From Flaccisagitta enflata (lineage: Eukaryota), in assembly GCA_965153355.1 (NCBI GenBank), contig OZ231126.1:20274001-20338000 (forward strand): 64,000 nt of DNA, given 5' to 3'. Each line of letters begins with the position of its first letter. Position 1 is the first letter of the stretch. Shown one piece after another: positions 1 through 18,506 of the stretch. The translations under genes and the position numbers were made by a program. A model generated the notes under the pieces. That model was not told where the DNA came from. It saw nothing but the letters and a program-made list of their open reading frames with translations, and made no database searches.

Positions 1-1361
1 TCGTACGCCTTTTGGACATCATAGAAGGTCAAGAAGGTTGGTTTCTTTTCCTTTATTGATATTTCTATGATAGACCTTGTGAGGAAGAGGTGATCACAGG
101 TTGATGCTCCTCTACGTCCTCCTCCTTGAGCTTGTGTGAAGCGGACCACACTTTCTATCCTTCTATCAATCAGTTGGTCCATGATTGTACCAATTGACGA
201 TGAGGTAGTAATTGGTCTATAATTACTCAGGTCCTCGCGATCGCCTTTACCTTTATGCACACTGGTTATATGACCAGTGTTCCAGTCAGATGCTGCTTGT
301 TCATCATTAAAAGAAGTTTGTATAAGTGGCGCAATTATTGGGATCATTGCATCACCGGGTCTTTTCAACATTTCATTTTTTATGTCAGTCATAGACTTGC
401 CATTCTTTTTGTTGTTTATGATCTCGGTGATTTCTTCCACGGTAGGAGTTTCATTTATCCGAAGAGACTCATAGTCTCTGTTTTCTTCAAATTCCTTTAT
501 TTCAGTCTCAAGTTGTTGGTGATACGGATGAGACTTAGTGGGTTTCTTTTTATATAAGGTTTCATAGTGGGTTGCTGTTGATTCTTTGATTGCATGAGGT
601 GAGTATTGTCTGATACCATTTTTGTCTTTTACAACCATGGCTTCGGTTGTTGGGTCTCTTGTGAGTTGTTTTTTCAAGTGCCAGAATGAATCTTGTGTTG
701 TATCCTGTAGAATCCTGTCGAGTTTCTTTTTTGTTTGTTCTTTTTTCTCTTTTCTGATCTGGTCATTTATACTATCTTCGATGGCCTTATATTCGGTTAT
801 AAGGCCCTTTCTTACTTCTTTGTCTGCTTCTTTTTTAATCTTTTTCTTTAGTTCTCTTTTCTTTTTTCTTAGTTTTCGTACTTCTTTTGATGGTTTGAAT
901 GGTGCGCCAAGTTTGATTGTAGTTTTGCCTATGGTTTTTCGAGCGGCATTTTGAATTACATCAGAGACACGTTTGTATTTCTGGTTAAATGTTAGCCCTC
1001 TGTTTGCTAGTATGGACTGTGTGAGTCGATGGCGTCTCTTTAATTGATTTTTATATTCCTCCCACTTTGTAGATGACGCTCTGAGATTCCAGTTAGTGGT
1101 CTTTTTCACTTTAGGTTTCTCAATGCTTTCAATTTCGAGGGAGACTGTTATAGTATTATGGTCCGTTTCATTCCGTCCCTTTATCTTGTGTAGCCCTTCT
1201 TCGTCAATGGTCATATTAGTCACCCAATTTGCCATCTCTTGGTTACACAAGACAAAGTCTATGGCAGAAAATTCGTTTTCGTTTTTTGTATTGACCCTGG
1301 TTACGGCACCTTTGCATTTTTCATTTTGGTTGAGTAGGGACAGATTATTTTCTTTAAATAA
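1..1361 (-). mobile_element. 5'-truncated non-LTR retrotransposon (LINE) ORF2: C-terminal part of APE endonuclease plus reverse transcriptase, running off the window edge
   Basis: Manual minus-strand translation gives SAIDFVLC...ETDHNTI (end of APE domain) near 1270-1150. Near 300-1 it gives WNTGHITSVHKGKGDREDLSNYRPI...QGGGRRGASTCDHLF...FYDVQKAYD (RT subdomains). Both parts are in the same frame. The track lists no minus ORF here, consistent with no stop before the edge. The 5' end abuts a (TCTA)n/(GA)n tract. Confidence 0.93.
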
Positions 1362-1378
1362 ATCTATCTATCTATCTA

Positions 1379-1410
<32 letters not shown>

Positions 1411-1740
1411 CGATTAAACAAAAGCCTTGATAGACAGACACATTTGTTGAATATTGGTTAACTAGGTAACAATCATTTGCCCTTACTACTTTTGGTAAGC
1501 TGTTTGCATTTGGGGTAGATGAGAGTGGTTGCTTTTCAGATTAAGTTTTATGGAAAACTAGTAGTGGTGCGCCCATTAACTAGTCAGTGAGAGTTCACAA
1601 GGCTCTCTTCCATTAATTTCAGCTTGGGTATAGTGAGGGATATTGTTCCACCTATCATACAGACGCAAGAGAAAGAGAAATACAATCAAGCTGATGGGTC
1701 AGATTGCCGATTGAAACATAGGATGAATAGATAGACGTAG

Positions 1741-1802
1741 ATGAAGAAGAAGAAGAAGAAGAAGAAGAAGAAGAAGAAGAAGAAGAAGAAGAAGAAGAAG
1801 AA

Positions 1803-1834
<32 letters not shown>

Positions 1835-1843
1835 AGAAGAAGA
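1741..1843. repeat. (GAA)n microsatellite
   Basis: Direct inspection. Confidence 0.97.
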
Positions 1844-2198
1844 GCAAAGGCGGAGTAAAAGAAGGCGATCATAAATCTCGGTACCGCGAGTGGTCATCAT
1901 AGTTCCGGGCAAGATTTGCAGCCTCAGGAGGAAAGGCCGTCAGCAGTGAGACGGTCAACAATCACCTTGAATAGGCAAATAGAGCATTGCATATCTACTG
2001 ATGAACAAAGTTGTTGATGACAAGTAAACTACAATACAAAAACATCAGGTTGCCCCGTAAACCAAAAATGGCACCGCCTCAAAACGTGAATTTTAGCCGT
2101 ATGAATAATCAGAAGTTACTGATACATAACAGTAATTCATCATACATAACGATCATAATACTCTCGTAAAGTAGATATCCCATCCATCGCAAGATCGG

Positions 2199-3038
2199 TC
2201 AATCTAGGAGCAATTTCTCCGTGAACAGCAATATGCAAATCGCCACAATGTCGCCCTTTTTATTGGACCCCTGACTCTTTATGCATTTCTTCAGTGAGGA
2301 ATCTTCACCTTTCTCTTCTTTCCTCAAACAACTTGGCGCCACCATTTCATCCTTTTTCTTGCGCTGCTCTTTCTTCCACGCCATGTAAGCCTCCGCCTCC
2401 TCAGCCGATGGTATGCTTCGCCCCTCTGTAGCAGCGGCATTTGCAGCTGTCATCTCCGCCGTTGCAGCAGCAGCAGCAGATGGGAATGTCGCACCGCCAC
2501 ATCCAGCAGCTGGACTTGTCGCCGACATCGCCGCCGACGCGGCGTCCAACGCTGTAGCAAATGTCTCCTTCGCCGCTGACGTTATCGGCAGCGTCTTCAT
2601 CGTCTCGTTGAGTCTCTCAATCTGCCGATGAAGCTCAGGACTCAAATTGTTGGGCTCCATTGACTCCGAGATGGGGTCGAATGGTGAGGGTAGTGGTTGA
2701 GAAGGAGGGGTGGGATAATGAGCAGTGGGATGAGCAGGATGAGGGGATGGTTGAGAATCCAAAGGAGTATTAAGCGGGTGAGGAGGTGTAAAGTAATGAT
2801 ATGGCGGCGGCTGAAAATCGTTAGTTTCCTCGCCATTCGTTGAAGTAACCGGAAACGAAGAGCGTAAAGGAAGAGACGAATTGACGCCGGCGCCATGTTC
2901 CATCAACGCCGGCGTCGCATCCGTCGTCGTGGTCAATCCCACTTGCGTCGTCCGGTCCCGTTTCATTTTGCCAAACAATTGCCGCAAATAGATGCCTGGG
3001 GTGTTGCTATTGTTGTTGTTCACGTTTAAGGAGATCTG

Positions 3039-3128
<90 letters not shown>

Positions 3129-3482
3129 GAGATCGTCGCTGCTGTTATTTTGGCTGAATTTCATGATGCTATTTTCTTGATTTTTTTCGAAGTCATTCTC
3201 TAATGGAGACAGTTGAACAGCTCTTTGTTGTTGTTGTTGTTGTTGTTGAAAGAACTGTTGTCGTTGCAAGATGGGTTGTTGTTCTTCTTGTTGATCTTGT
3301 TGTTGTTCATTGTTTAGCGTTACATGAGATCCCTCAACATCTACACAACTTTTTGCATTGTCATTAGCTTGTGGACAGTTCAGTTCGTTCGTTTGGTCGA
3401 TGGAAATTTCATGTTCCTTTGATTGGTCTGAGCCAAGATTTTGCAACTGCACAGAATCACTCGCGGTCTCCTGACCTCCATC

Positions 3483-3569
<87 letters not shown>

Positions 3570-4652
3570 TTGCTTCCTCTGTAGCGTCGCCCACTCTTGC
3601 CGCTGCCGGGTTGGTAGGACTTCTTTCACTTTGGCCACTCCACACTTGGAGGTTGCCTTACTATTTCTCGCAACAGTTTGCATATCGACGCCACCATCCC
3701 CAATGCGTCCGTGCGTCGATCGTTGCATCGACACCGTCCGTTTGAAAGGCGCCTTCAACACCGTCGACGCATCCTCATCATCCTCGAGTCGTCGACCTCG
3801 AAGCCTCGAATGCGATCGCCCCTTCCGACCTCCGCTTTCGAGTCCTTTTCTGCCAATTTCATTTCGTCTACCGGAAGTTCTGATTTCAGCATTTTTGTCT
3901 TTCATCGATGACGTCATCTCGTCCGGATTCAAATCCTGTCGACTGCATCCGGTCGTGCGTCGACCCATCCGCCATTTGACGCCATCGCCGAGAACTTCTC
4001 TTTTGTCACAACTACCAACATCACCTTTACCACTATCACCACTACCTCGACCAACACCACTACTTCCACCACCACCATCCCCACCACCAACATCACCTCT
4101 TCCACCTTTTAAGCCGGCCTCTTCATCTTTCCTCCACAAAATCGTCGGCGACAAAATTCTTTCGGGACTCATTGGTTTTTCCGCTTTCATCAACGGCATC
4201 CGGGTCTCTTTGAGTTCATTGTTGTCATAATCGTTAGCATCACCACCTCCAGTTGCCCGGATGTAACTTAATGACATGGAAGGACGTCTAGCTTGACGCG
4301 AACCCGCGTCGTCCAGGCGAACGATGAAACTCGGGGAAATAGTGGTCGCTGCATAAGTGGCTGGAGAATGTTTTTTCTCGGATTTCGTCGTTGTTGCTGT
4401 TGCTATAGTTGTTGCTAAAGCTGTCCTTCTTGACGCGGTTGACGTCGTCGTCATCGTCTTCGTCATCGTCGTCGTCATCGTCGCCGAAGAATTCAAGGGC
4501 CTTGATCTTCGTCCGCAGGCAAATTTCGGTTTGTCCATGCTTTTAATTGCTCTTGAAAAATTGCCACAGATTTTTTTTGTTCTTGCGAAATTCAAGATTG
4601 ATGTGGAAATGTTTATCGATCCCCGACATCGAATCGTTTTATCATTAGAAGA
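2199..4652 (-). CDS. Large low-complexity coding exon (polyQ, polyN, G/T/P/A-rich), probably an intrinsically disordered protein of unknown function
   Basis: The 836-aa open frame spans 2.5 kb in otherwise stop-rich DNA. There is a candidate acceptor ttttttcag ending at 4653 (minus) and a candidate upstream short exon with donor aag|gtgag near 4819. No recognisable domain; true start and end uncertain. Confidence 0.6.
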
Positions 4653-5000
4653 CTGAAAAAAGATAAGACTAATGATGAACTCGCCTTTCAGATGGACACA
4701 CGTGATCATGAGGATTTTTTTTATACAATTGCAATTGACATGACCTTGACCTCGACCAATCTTCGTAAGCTCACAGCCCCATCAACAACCCCCTCCCCAC
4801 AGCCCCTCAGTGGCTCACCTTTTACATTGATGACCTGCTCCGCGCTACTCTTTCATTCATGAGAGCTTTCACGTTTGGTGCTGAAAGTGATTGACTTGGT
4901 TAAAGGAACTGACAGGAAATGGATGACCATTTTAATTTAACCGATTCGAATTGAGCGTGAGGATCGAGTTCATTGAATGATATATACCATAATCATGATT

Positions 5001-5176
5001 TAGTTGAATCCCGCTCTAGCGGATTTTGAGCGACTAGCAATTCTTATCTCTCAAAGGCGAAATTCTGTTACAGTCAAAATAGGAAATAAAAAAAACGAGT
5101 TGAAGGGACAATGAATTTGCATCAATTACAGGCGGCATTTCGTTACTGGCGGGTCCGTTAAAGCTGGGTTCAACTA
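5001..5176. mobile_element. Short MITE with imperfect TIRs, TA-flanked (Tc1/mariner/pogo-like)
   Basis: Left end tagttgaatcccgctctagcgga pairs with right end tccgttaaagctgggttcaacta. A degenerate relative appears near 23995-24128. Confidence 0.6.
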
Positions 5177-5706
5177 TGATTCGACGCGAGTCAATAAGTT
5201 GCTATATTGGTCGGTCCGTCTGTCTGGCCGTCGTGATTTCAAGGCATTTACAGGTACCTAGGTGGAATATGTTTCACTACCTCTCTTCCAGTCACAAATT
5301 AACCAAATTAATAACTGGCCCTATAGCCGCGGTAAGTGTAACCGCCTTGTTTTCTCTTCATCCAAGAAAATGTGTGTAGGTTTTCTAGCAAACAGCGTTA
5401 AACGGAGACAGATCGATGCGTCCTCAGCGCTTGCTAATGACGGACCTGCGGACAAATCACCTGTTAGAGATGCGATGACGCCATCAAGAGCAAGATTCAT
5501 CGCACATTGGAGCTCCATCATGTTGAATTCTTATATTAGAGATGACACTTAATACACTGTACCATCAATCATCAAACGTGACACAACTCTACCCCCACCT
5601 CTACTGAAATTTCAAATACATAGTCAATTATATGACAAGTAAAAAAAAAAGATCCTCATCCTCACCATTCAAACGTGATCACTTTCTGAAAAAAATGACG
5701 TTTGAC

Positions 5707-5984
5707 TCGGGGGCGTTTCTAGTCAGAGACAATTGCGTTTTTTAACGGGCCACTAGGTCGCTCGCACCGCTTACGCAGCTCATTTGATACGCAGCTCATT
5801 TGATATGCAGCGCTGCTAAACTATGCTCGCTTCACTCGCTCACACCATGCATGGGTTCGCTCACTCACTTTGCTCAGTCCCTTGTTGGACAGTTGAAATT
5901 CTTGAATATGTATTGTGTTTATGCTGTAAACGCGTTCAATGGGAAGGAACGTGTTTTTCATCTTCACTAGAAACACGCCCTCGA
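5707..5984. mobile_element. MITE with TIR tcg(a/g)gggcg..tttctagt
   Basis: Left tcgggggcgtttctagt, right actagaaacacgccctcga. A second, reverse-orientation copy is split at about 47645-47715 and 50290-50460. Confidence 0.7.
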
Positions 5985-6040
5985 TGAATTACCGACGATC
6001 TTCGATTAAGTTCTTTTTGCTCTCTTTTGATCATTTGATG

Positions 6041-6764
6041 TACACTTTTTTTTTTATAAGCACCTCGTTTATAAGCACGCCCAGCCTCAGATATTGAGAA
6101 AATTTAAGCACATCGCTAAGCACGCTCCAGGCTGAGGTTTCAGATTTGAAAAAAATTTTCGATGAATTTTACAAAACATACCAATTTTTAGATATTTTTA
6201 GTTGGAATTTCACAAAAAAACCAAAAGAAACTTTGATAGAATTTGAAATTAACTATAATAATAATCTGTCAGTATATTCAGGATTTTGATAATGATAGAA
6301 ATAATTGAAAATCTCATAATGTTCAAGAACATTATTGTTTAAATACTATTGTTACTAAGAATTCACTACTATAACACAACAACCACCTAAAAAGAATGAT
6401 ACATCATGATATTAAATAACAATATAAATCTAAAAAAAATTCAGATATCAGAAATCAAGATACTAATTTATTTTATGATTTATAAGAAAGTAGGACAACG
6501 TCAGTTAAAGATATTGTATATTTTTTATACAAAATATATTCATTACTCTATTCTATATTATACCTCATTCTATACTATACAATACTCTATGCTATACTGT
6601 TTCAATACCTTACTCTGTACTTAGTTCTATACTGAATAGGATAATTACTTACCAATAATTGATAAGCACGCATTTAAACACATTTTAGCCTCGAAAATGA
6701 GATTTTGCTAAGCACGCTCAGCCTCAGCTGAAAAAGGTGCGTGCTTATAAAAAAAAAAAGTGTA
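6041..6764. mobile_element. TA-flanked MITE (Tc1/mariner-type)
   Basis: TIR tacactttttttttttataagcac / gtgcttataaaaaaaaaagtgta, repeated subterminal taagcacg motifs, AT-rich interior. Confidence 0.85.
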
Positions 6765-6992
6765 AGTCTTGGCCTTCAAACGAAAATTTATTGCACGTGG
6801 CCATTTGTCCGCAAAGAACGCCAACAAGTGTCCTTCACCTTAGACAAAGAAAAGATCATCAATCTTAGTACTGTTGTTTAAGACGGTAAGAGGATGTAAG
6901 AGAAGTAAAGAGCTCAGAAGACAAGCACCGTCACAAAAAGACAAGTGAACTTAACTTCTAAGACTGTAAAAATCAATGACACACGCACTCGG

Positions 6993-7023
<31 letters not shown>

Positions 7024-7157
7024 GATACTGAGAGACAGTGAAACAGAGACAGAGAGAGAAAAAGACAGAAAGAGACATAGAGACAGAGACAGAGAGAGAC
7101 AGAGGAACAGACAGCAACAGAAAGAGACAGTCACAACTGACACAGACACACAAAGAC

Positions 7158-7233
<76 letters not shown>

Positions 7234-7284
7234 ACAAGGTCATTAGATCTAAGTCGCGTGCATCGGCATTTTCACAGAAGGTTT

Positions 7285-7315
<31 letters not shown>

Positions 7316-7659
7316 TGGAATTTAAAAAAAAAACATGAATTAGTGTTTTCAAAAACGCGAAAAAAAAACCTTTAAAATGATTTGCGACGGACGGACGGGC
7401 CGACGGACCGAAAAGTGGCTTAAAAAGTCGCGTAGCACGCGACTAAAAATCGCGTTGCAGGTTTCTCATATCCGTGGTCGAGCGCGACCACATAATTAGA
7501 GATGAAATTCATTTGGACGGTGAAAAAGCACAAAATTTTCAAAGCTACGAATTAACCACTCCTTGGACTTTTTTTCATCGATTTTGTTTTATTCAGTCCT
7601 GTACTAAAAAGAACATATAAAATGATTCGAATCAAATCAAAGTGTGTGTCTACTTTTTT

Positions 7660-7728
7660 CATAACAAACTGTACTTTTTTTTCAAATCAAAGTGTGTTCC
7701 GTTTTTTTCTTTCTTTCTATCTTTCTTA

Positions 7729-7767
<39 letters not shown>

Positions 7768-8131
7768 TTTTTCTTTCTTTCTTTCTTTCTTTCTTTTTTC
7801 TTTCTTTCTTTCTTTTTTTCTTTTTTTCTTCCTTCCTTCCTTCCTTCCTTCCTTCCTTCCTTCCTTCCTTCCTTCCTTCCTTCTTTTCTTTCTTTCATTC
7901 TCTCTTTTTCTCGTTTTTCTTTCTTTATTCCTTTTTTCTTCTTTCTGTTTGAAATCACTTCGTTCAACATTGATATTACTCGTCATCATATTGATCTACG
8001 GTTAGGTCTAATAGAGCGGGGATAGGTCGAATAGAGCTAGCGATAGGTCTAATAGAAATATGGATAGGTCTAAGAAGTGATACGCCAGGTGCACCGTCTT
8101 GGCCTGTGTATCAGGCTTTGTTTCTTTTTCT

Positions 8132-8214
<83 letters not shown>

Positions 8215-8597
8215 GTCTTTCTTTCTTTCTTTCTCTCTTACTTCCCTTCATTCATTCTGTCTCTCTGACTTTCTGTCATATCAAACTGCATTTCTTTTTT
8301 GAATCAAAGTGTGTTCCGATTTTTCCGTTTTTAGGTGAGCCATAGCACCTCTATATAGGGCTCTGTCCGTCCATCCGTCCGTCTGTCACGCTCGAATGAA
8401 AAATCGCTCAAAATGTTTGAAATCACTTCGTTCATCATTGATATTACTCGTCATCATATTGATCTACGGTTAGGTCTAATAGAGCTGGGGATAGGTAGAA
8501 TAGAGCTAGCGATAGGTCTAATAGAACTAGGGATAGGTCTAAGAAGTAATACGCCAGGTGCACCGTCTTGGCCCGTGTATCAGGCCTTGTTTCTTTT

Positions 8598-8669
<72 letters not shown>

Positions 8670-8700
8670 TTTTTCTTTCTTTTTTCTTTATTTCTCTCTT
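7660..8700 (+). repeat. Local tandem duplication containing HINE 3' portions and (TTTC)n tracts
   Basis: A ~170-bp block tgtttgaaatcacttcgttc...ggcc(t/c)gtgtatcaggc(t/c)ttgttt occurs at about 7946-8123 and 8414-8592. The aatcaaagtgtgttccg motif occurs at about 7685 and 8302. Confidence 0.8.
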
Positions 8701-8849
8701 TATATCTCTCTTTGTTTCGTTCTTTTTTTAACTCTATAAGAGGTATTGTCCGTCCGTCCATCCTTCCGTCCATCCGTCCGTCCGTCCGTCTGTCCGTCTG
8801 TCGGTCCTACCGTTCGTCTGTCCTTCGGCCTGTGTGTGTGTGTGTGCGT

Positions 8850-8916
<67 letters not shown>

Positions 8917-9002
8917 TGTGTGTGGAGGGGTGAGTGAGGGATAAGGGCTGTACGCTCTTAACCACCCGTCCGCAGCGATATGGTGACATCGCGTCACTTG
9001 TT

Positions 9003-9090
<88 letters not shown>

Positions 9091-9127
9091 TCATTTCTTT
9101 CTTTCTTTCTTTGTTTCTTTCTTTCCT

Positions 9128-9159
<32 letters not shown>

Positions 9160-9190
9160 GTTTTCTTCCTATTGATATTGACGATGATGG

Positions 9191-9235
<45 letters not shown>

Positions 9236-10145
9236 CAATAATTTGGATGATGACGATGATAATGATAATTGCAATGATGACGATGATGATGATGATGAGG
9301 ACGTTGTGGTCCCTATTCATGTAATGAAGTAGTTGTTGTTGCTGTCTTTCGATCGTTTTACTTAAAAAGCCCATTAAACTTGGGTCTCCCTTATTTCACA
9401 AAAACGCGCATAAAAAAAAGAATCATCAATTATCATCGACCAAATCAGCCGAAATTTGGTTCAAATCGCCGTCAATCATCCATCACCAGTCTTTTTATCT
9501 TCACAGGTTCACCTTTAATTTGATAAAACCGGTCGGTCGGTCAGGCCGTCGGTCCGTCGTATTTGTCGAGCGGGTTTTTCGCACCTGACAAAGCGCCGTA
9601 ATGACCTTCTACATCACTGCCCCTGCCCACCCGCACACGACTTTGGCTGCCCTATATCTGACCCTGTTTTCCATTGTTGTGCGTCCTCGCACCTGAAAAG
9701 AAAGCAGGAGATGGAGGAAGAGTGGCAGACAGACGAGCGGTCGCGTCCAGCAATTATGATCTGCAATACTCGGTGCGCCACGCGTTGACAATCTCGCAGT
9801 CTTTTGCGACCTTGTCGACCTTGAGTTTGCGTGCTAACTTTTCGATGTGGGGGCCAATTTTTTAATTGTATCGATCCCCGAGCCCGCGTTTGTGTCCGCG
9901 CGTCATGCGCTTTATTTATTTCAACTCATTTCGACAAAATATCCAAACTTGAACGCTCTTGAAAAAAAACGAAATAGAAAAAGGGAGAAAAGAAAAGATA
10001 AAAGAAAAAAAGAAATAAAAAAAGAAAAGAAAAAACACTACGAAATATTCTTATTTGCTCTGTCTACTACATTTTTCAAATAAAATTCTTGCTTTTCCAA
10101 CTTTTTTTTCAGTTGTTTTCCAGCACACAAATCAAAACAGTGACA

Positions 10146-15134
<4,989 letters not shown>

Positions 15135-15582
15135 AATCGAGCGGCGACAACTGTTTGTGAATGAGTCGTATTTACATATATCAAATCATTTATTCAAATT
15201 CAATCATGTTTAACGCGACATTTGCATTTCTTTCAAGACATCAACGCAATTGCCTCATACTGAATCATGTACACGACATGTACTGCTACACTCATATTTT
15301 GCCAATTTGCTCAAATTGACAACGTTTGTCTATTGATTTCGAATACAGATCTTCCAATCTGCTCATACCTGTCTCATTTTAAAATAAGAGATGTCCAATA
15401 GATGCGTCCTCTTTAGATGTAAGATATAAAGATACAAAGATATTAGAATAAAGATATTAAGATATAATGACACCAAGATATTAGGATATATTCTCTCCCC
15501 CCCCCCCCGCCCCCGCCCTTTACGCCCCCGCCCCTCCATGCCTCCTCTTCCACCCCAATGCCCCAAGACCTTCCCACCACTA

Positions 15583-15916
15583 ATACAAGGACACATCAAG
15601 AGATGAAAAAAGACATGAAGAGACATGAAGTAATATGAAAAAAACATGAAGAGACACGAAAAGACACATGAAGAGACACATGAAGAGACAAGTGAAGAGA
15701 AACATGAAGAAATACATTAAGAGATCCATGATGAGATACATGAAGAGATACATAAAGACACATGAAGAGATACATGAAGAGACACAAAGAGAAATGAAGA
15801 GACACGAAGAGAAATGAAGAGAAATGAAGAGACATGAAGTGAAATGAAGAGAAAATTTCGCGTGTCAGACCTTAGACAGATCCTCTTATAGAGATGCGAG
15901 GACGCATCTAAAAAAA

Positions 15917-15918
<2 letters not shown>
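15583..15918 (-). mobile_element. HINE-like element (agatgcgtcctcgcatct subfamily) carrying a ~12-bp tandem array (gaagagacacat)
   Basis: End reads ctcttatagagatgcgaggacgcatctaaaa, as at 59655-59686. Array lies at about 15600-15853. Confidence 0.65.
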
Positions 15919-16012
<94 letters not shown>

Positions 16013-16739
16013 GAAAAGAAGAAATGAATAAATGAATTAATGAATGAATAAATGAATGAATGAATGAATGAACAAATGAATGAATGAATAAATGAATGAA
16101 TGAATGAACGAATGAAAAGAACCAAGAGGGAAGGAGCCGAGCAAGCTGTCATTCAGACCGACCGCTCTCATGCCATGTTCGCAAGGAGAGAAAGGTAGAT
16201 CATGGAAAGCGGAGCTCAAGACAGTTAATTGATGGCCTCCTGCACTTGGGCAAAAAAATTTATGATTTTTTTCTGATGTCATTTTTAAGGCACTAGACAT
16301 GTGTATGGGCCCAATACACCATGTATTCTGGCAATCTGGGCCCAGTTGGCCCTAAAAAAGGACCCGGATGGCCCAAAAAACTGGTCAAAATAGGCCAAAA
16401 CTATTTTTTTTTTAGTAATTGCTCGTATGATTCAGATAGTATGTAAAAAATATCAATGAATTATTGCTAATTTGGTAGTGTGGTACTTTAAGGGAAAAAT
16501 TTGAGCTTTGATTAGGGCCTGAACAGGTCAAAATTTGGTCATATTAGGCTAAATTACCTATAAATCTACAAAAAAATGTTCAAACATAGCTGTTAGATAA
16601 TTTTGAAGTTAGAAAGATAGTTGATTAGATTGATTAGTCTTTACATGCTTTAGACCAGTAATGTACATGCATCAGGCTTAGGTCAGAGTAATATTAGTAA
16701 TATAAAATCATCGTAAAACATCAAAAATATTTTTTTTTA

Positions 16740-16879
<140 letters not shown>

Positions 16880-16880
16880 T

Positions 16881-16949
<69 letters not shown>

Positions 16950-16959
16950 TCTTTCCCTC

Positions 16960-16991
<32 letters not shown>

Positions 16992-16997
16992 TCTCTT

Positions 16998-17036
<39 letters not shown>

Positions 17037-17070
17037 TTCAAAAGCAGCAGGAATTCTAGAGCAAACTTTT

Positions 17071-17492
17071 TTTACTACGCGAATCAAAAAAAAACCGCAC
17101 CCTTTTGTAGCTGAGTGGAAAAGACACAAAAAATAAATTCAAGATTTTTTTGTTAATCTGATTTTAAAGATTTTTGAATTTTCTTTCATTGTAGACCAAC
17201 CCCAGGTCTGTATCCAAAACCGTTTGGAGATAGAGCTTGCCAAAGTGGATGTCTCTTTTGCAAAAATGCTCATTTTTCAAAAGTATTGCAAAACTGCAAA
17301 TGGCAATGTTTTCACTCTTTTTATGCCATTTCTAAACGAAAAAAGCTAGAAATACCAGATTGAAGCCATATGAAAGATCTCTTTAAGATCTTCAAAATGG
17401 TCTATGATTTTGTTTGATTATCTTGAAATTTAATATGATAGATTGTCATTTAAAAGTGCAGCTTTTTTTTTTTCATTCGCGTAGTAAACCCT
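17071..17492. mobile_element. Nested MITE with right end ..gtagtaaaccct|ttaa (Kolobok/piggyBac-like TTAA site; left end truncated)
   Basis: TIR tttactacgcgaat(c/g)aaaaaaaaa at both ends. Confidence 0.65.
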
Positions 17493-17549
17493 TTAATGAG
17501 ATTTTTACTCAGGAGCAACTGATAACAAAGTTGGTAAAAACTATTTTGG

Positions 17550-18506
17550 ATGAATGACAGCATAGCTGCCTTTCCTGTTATTGGTAAAAGGCTGGTGCTC
17601 AGCTCCAATGCTGATTTGGCTCTCACAAATAGTGCAGAAAAGATGTTGAAAGAAAAAAAGTTGAAGAGTCAAAAGAAACAAGTTGATAAAATTAAAGAAG
17701 ACTGGTCCAATGCTCAAAAGGATATCAAAAACGCCAAGATTGATGTCACTGATTCAAAGGCTGATACTTTTGCACAAGAGCAATCAAAAAACAAGCTCAT
17801 TGCGTAGTGTGCTGAAAATTGAAGGAAGCACAATTACCATGGACCTGTAACTTCACAAGATGATGTCAACTTGATGTTTGCCAAGATTCAGAAGTTCAGT
17901 GAGCAAAATAGATTATCTCTGTTGAGGAAGGTGATTAAGGTTAAGAAACTGATATTTTTAGAGCTTCGAAATGACTTTGTTTTGTTCAAGCAATACAATA
18001 TCGCTTCCACAAAGATGTACCAAAATCTCCTGGAACTGCATGCCGTTGATTCTTCCAACCAGGAAGTGATTACTGTTGAAGATATTTATGAAGGGATAAA
18101 TGTTTTGGCTTCAAACCCTACTCTTGAGCGCACTCAATCATTAAAAAAATCTGAAGAGCCTTTTGTTGACTTGGAGTAGCCATCATCAGAAGAGGAGTTC
18201 TTTATTGCACTACTTGAAAATTAATTGTCTGTCTGTTCAGTCATCTCCTATGATGAGGTCAGTGACACAATCAAGGCTCATCTACTTCAAGCTATCAAGA
18301 CTAGAGCCAAGGATGATACAGGGAAAACATATTGGATTTATAGTGAAGGAGAAACTGTTGATGCATTTGAAGAAAAGCATGTTTTGGCAATGAGGCCCTC
18401 TATCAATCTTGCAAAAAACATCAAGCAAAGAGATCCTGTTTTTGCTCTCATGAATTATGAGGTCATTAAAGGGAATGACCTCACAGTTCTACATCTGAAT
18501 CTTTAA
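17550..18506 (+). pseudogene. Stop-interrupted ORF (~315 codons) inside the TIR element, probably the C-terminal part of a transposon protein
   Basis: Track ORFs 17550, 17871 and 18225 share one frame and are separated only by isolated stops. Non-repetitive, protein-like composition (e.g. NYHGPVTSQDDV, LRKVIKVKK, YQNLLEL). Confidence 0.7.

Noticed and set aside
255-1461. Plus-strand ORFs 255, 277, 622 and 1096
   Set aside because: Antisense shadows of the minus-strand LINE ORF2.
5321-5521. 66-aa minus-strand ORF as an upstream exon of the 836-aa ORF
   Set aside because: No convincing splice pair, and its 3' part runs into HINE-like sequence.
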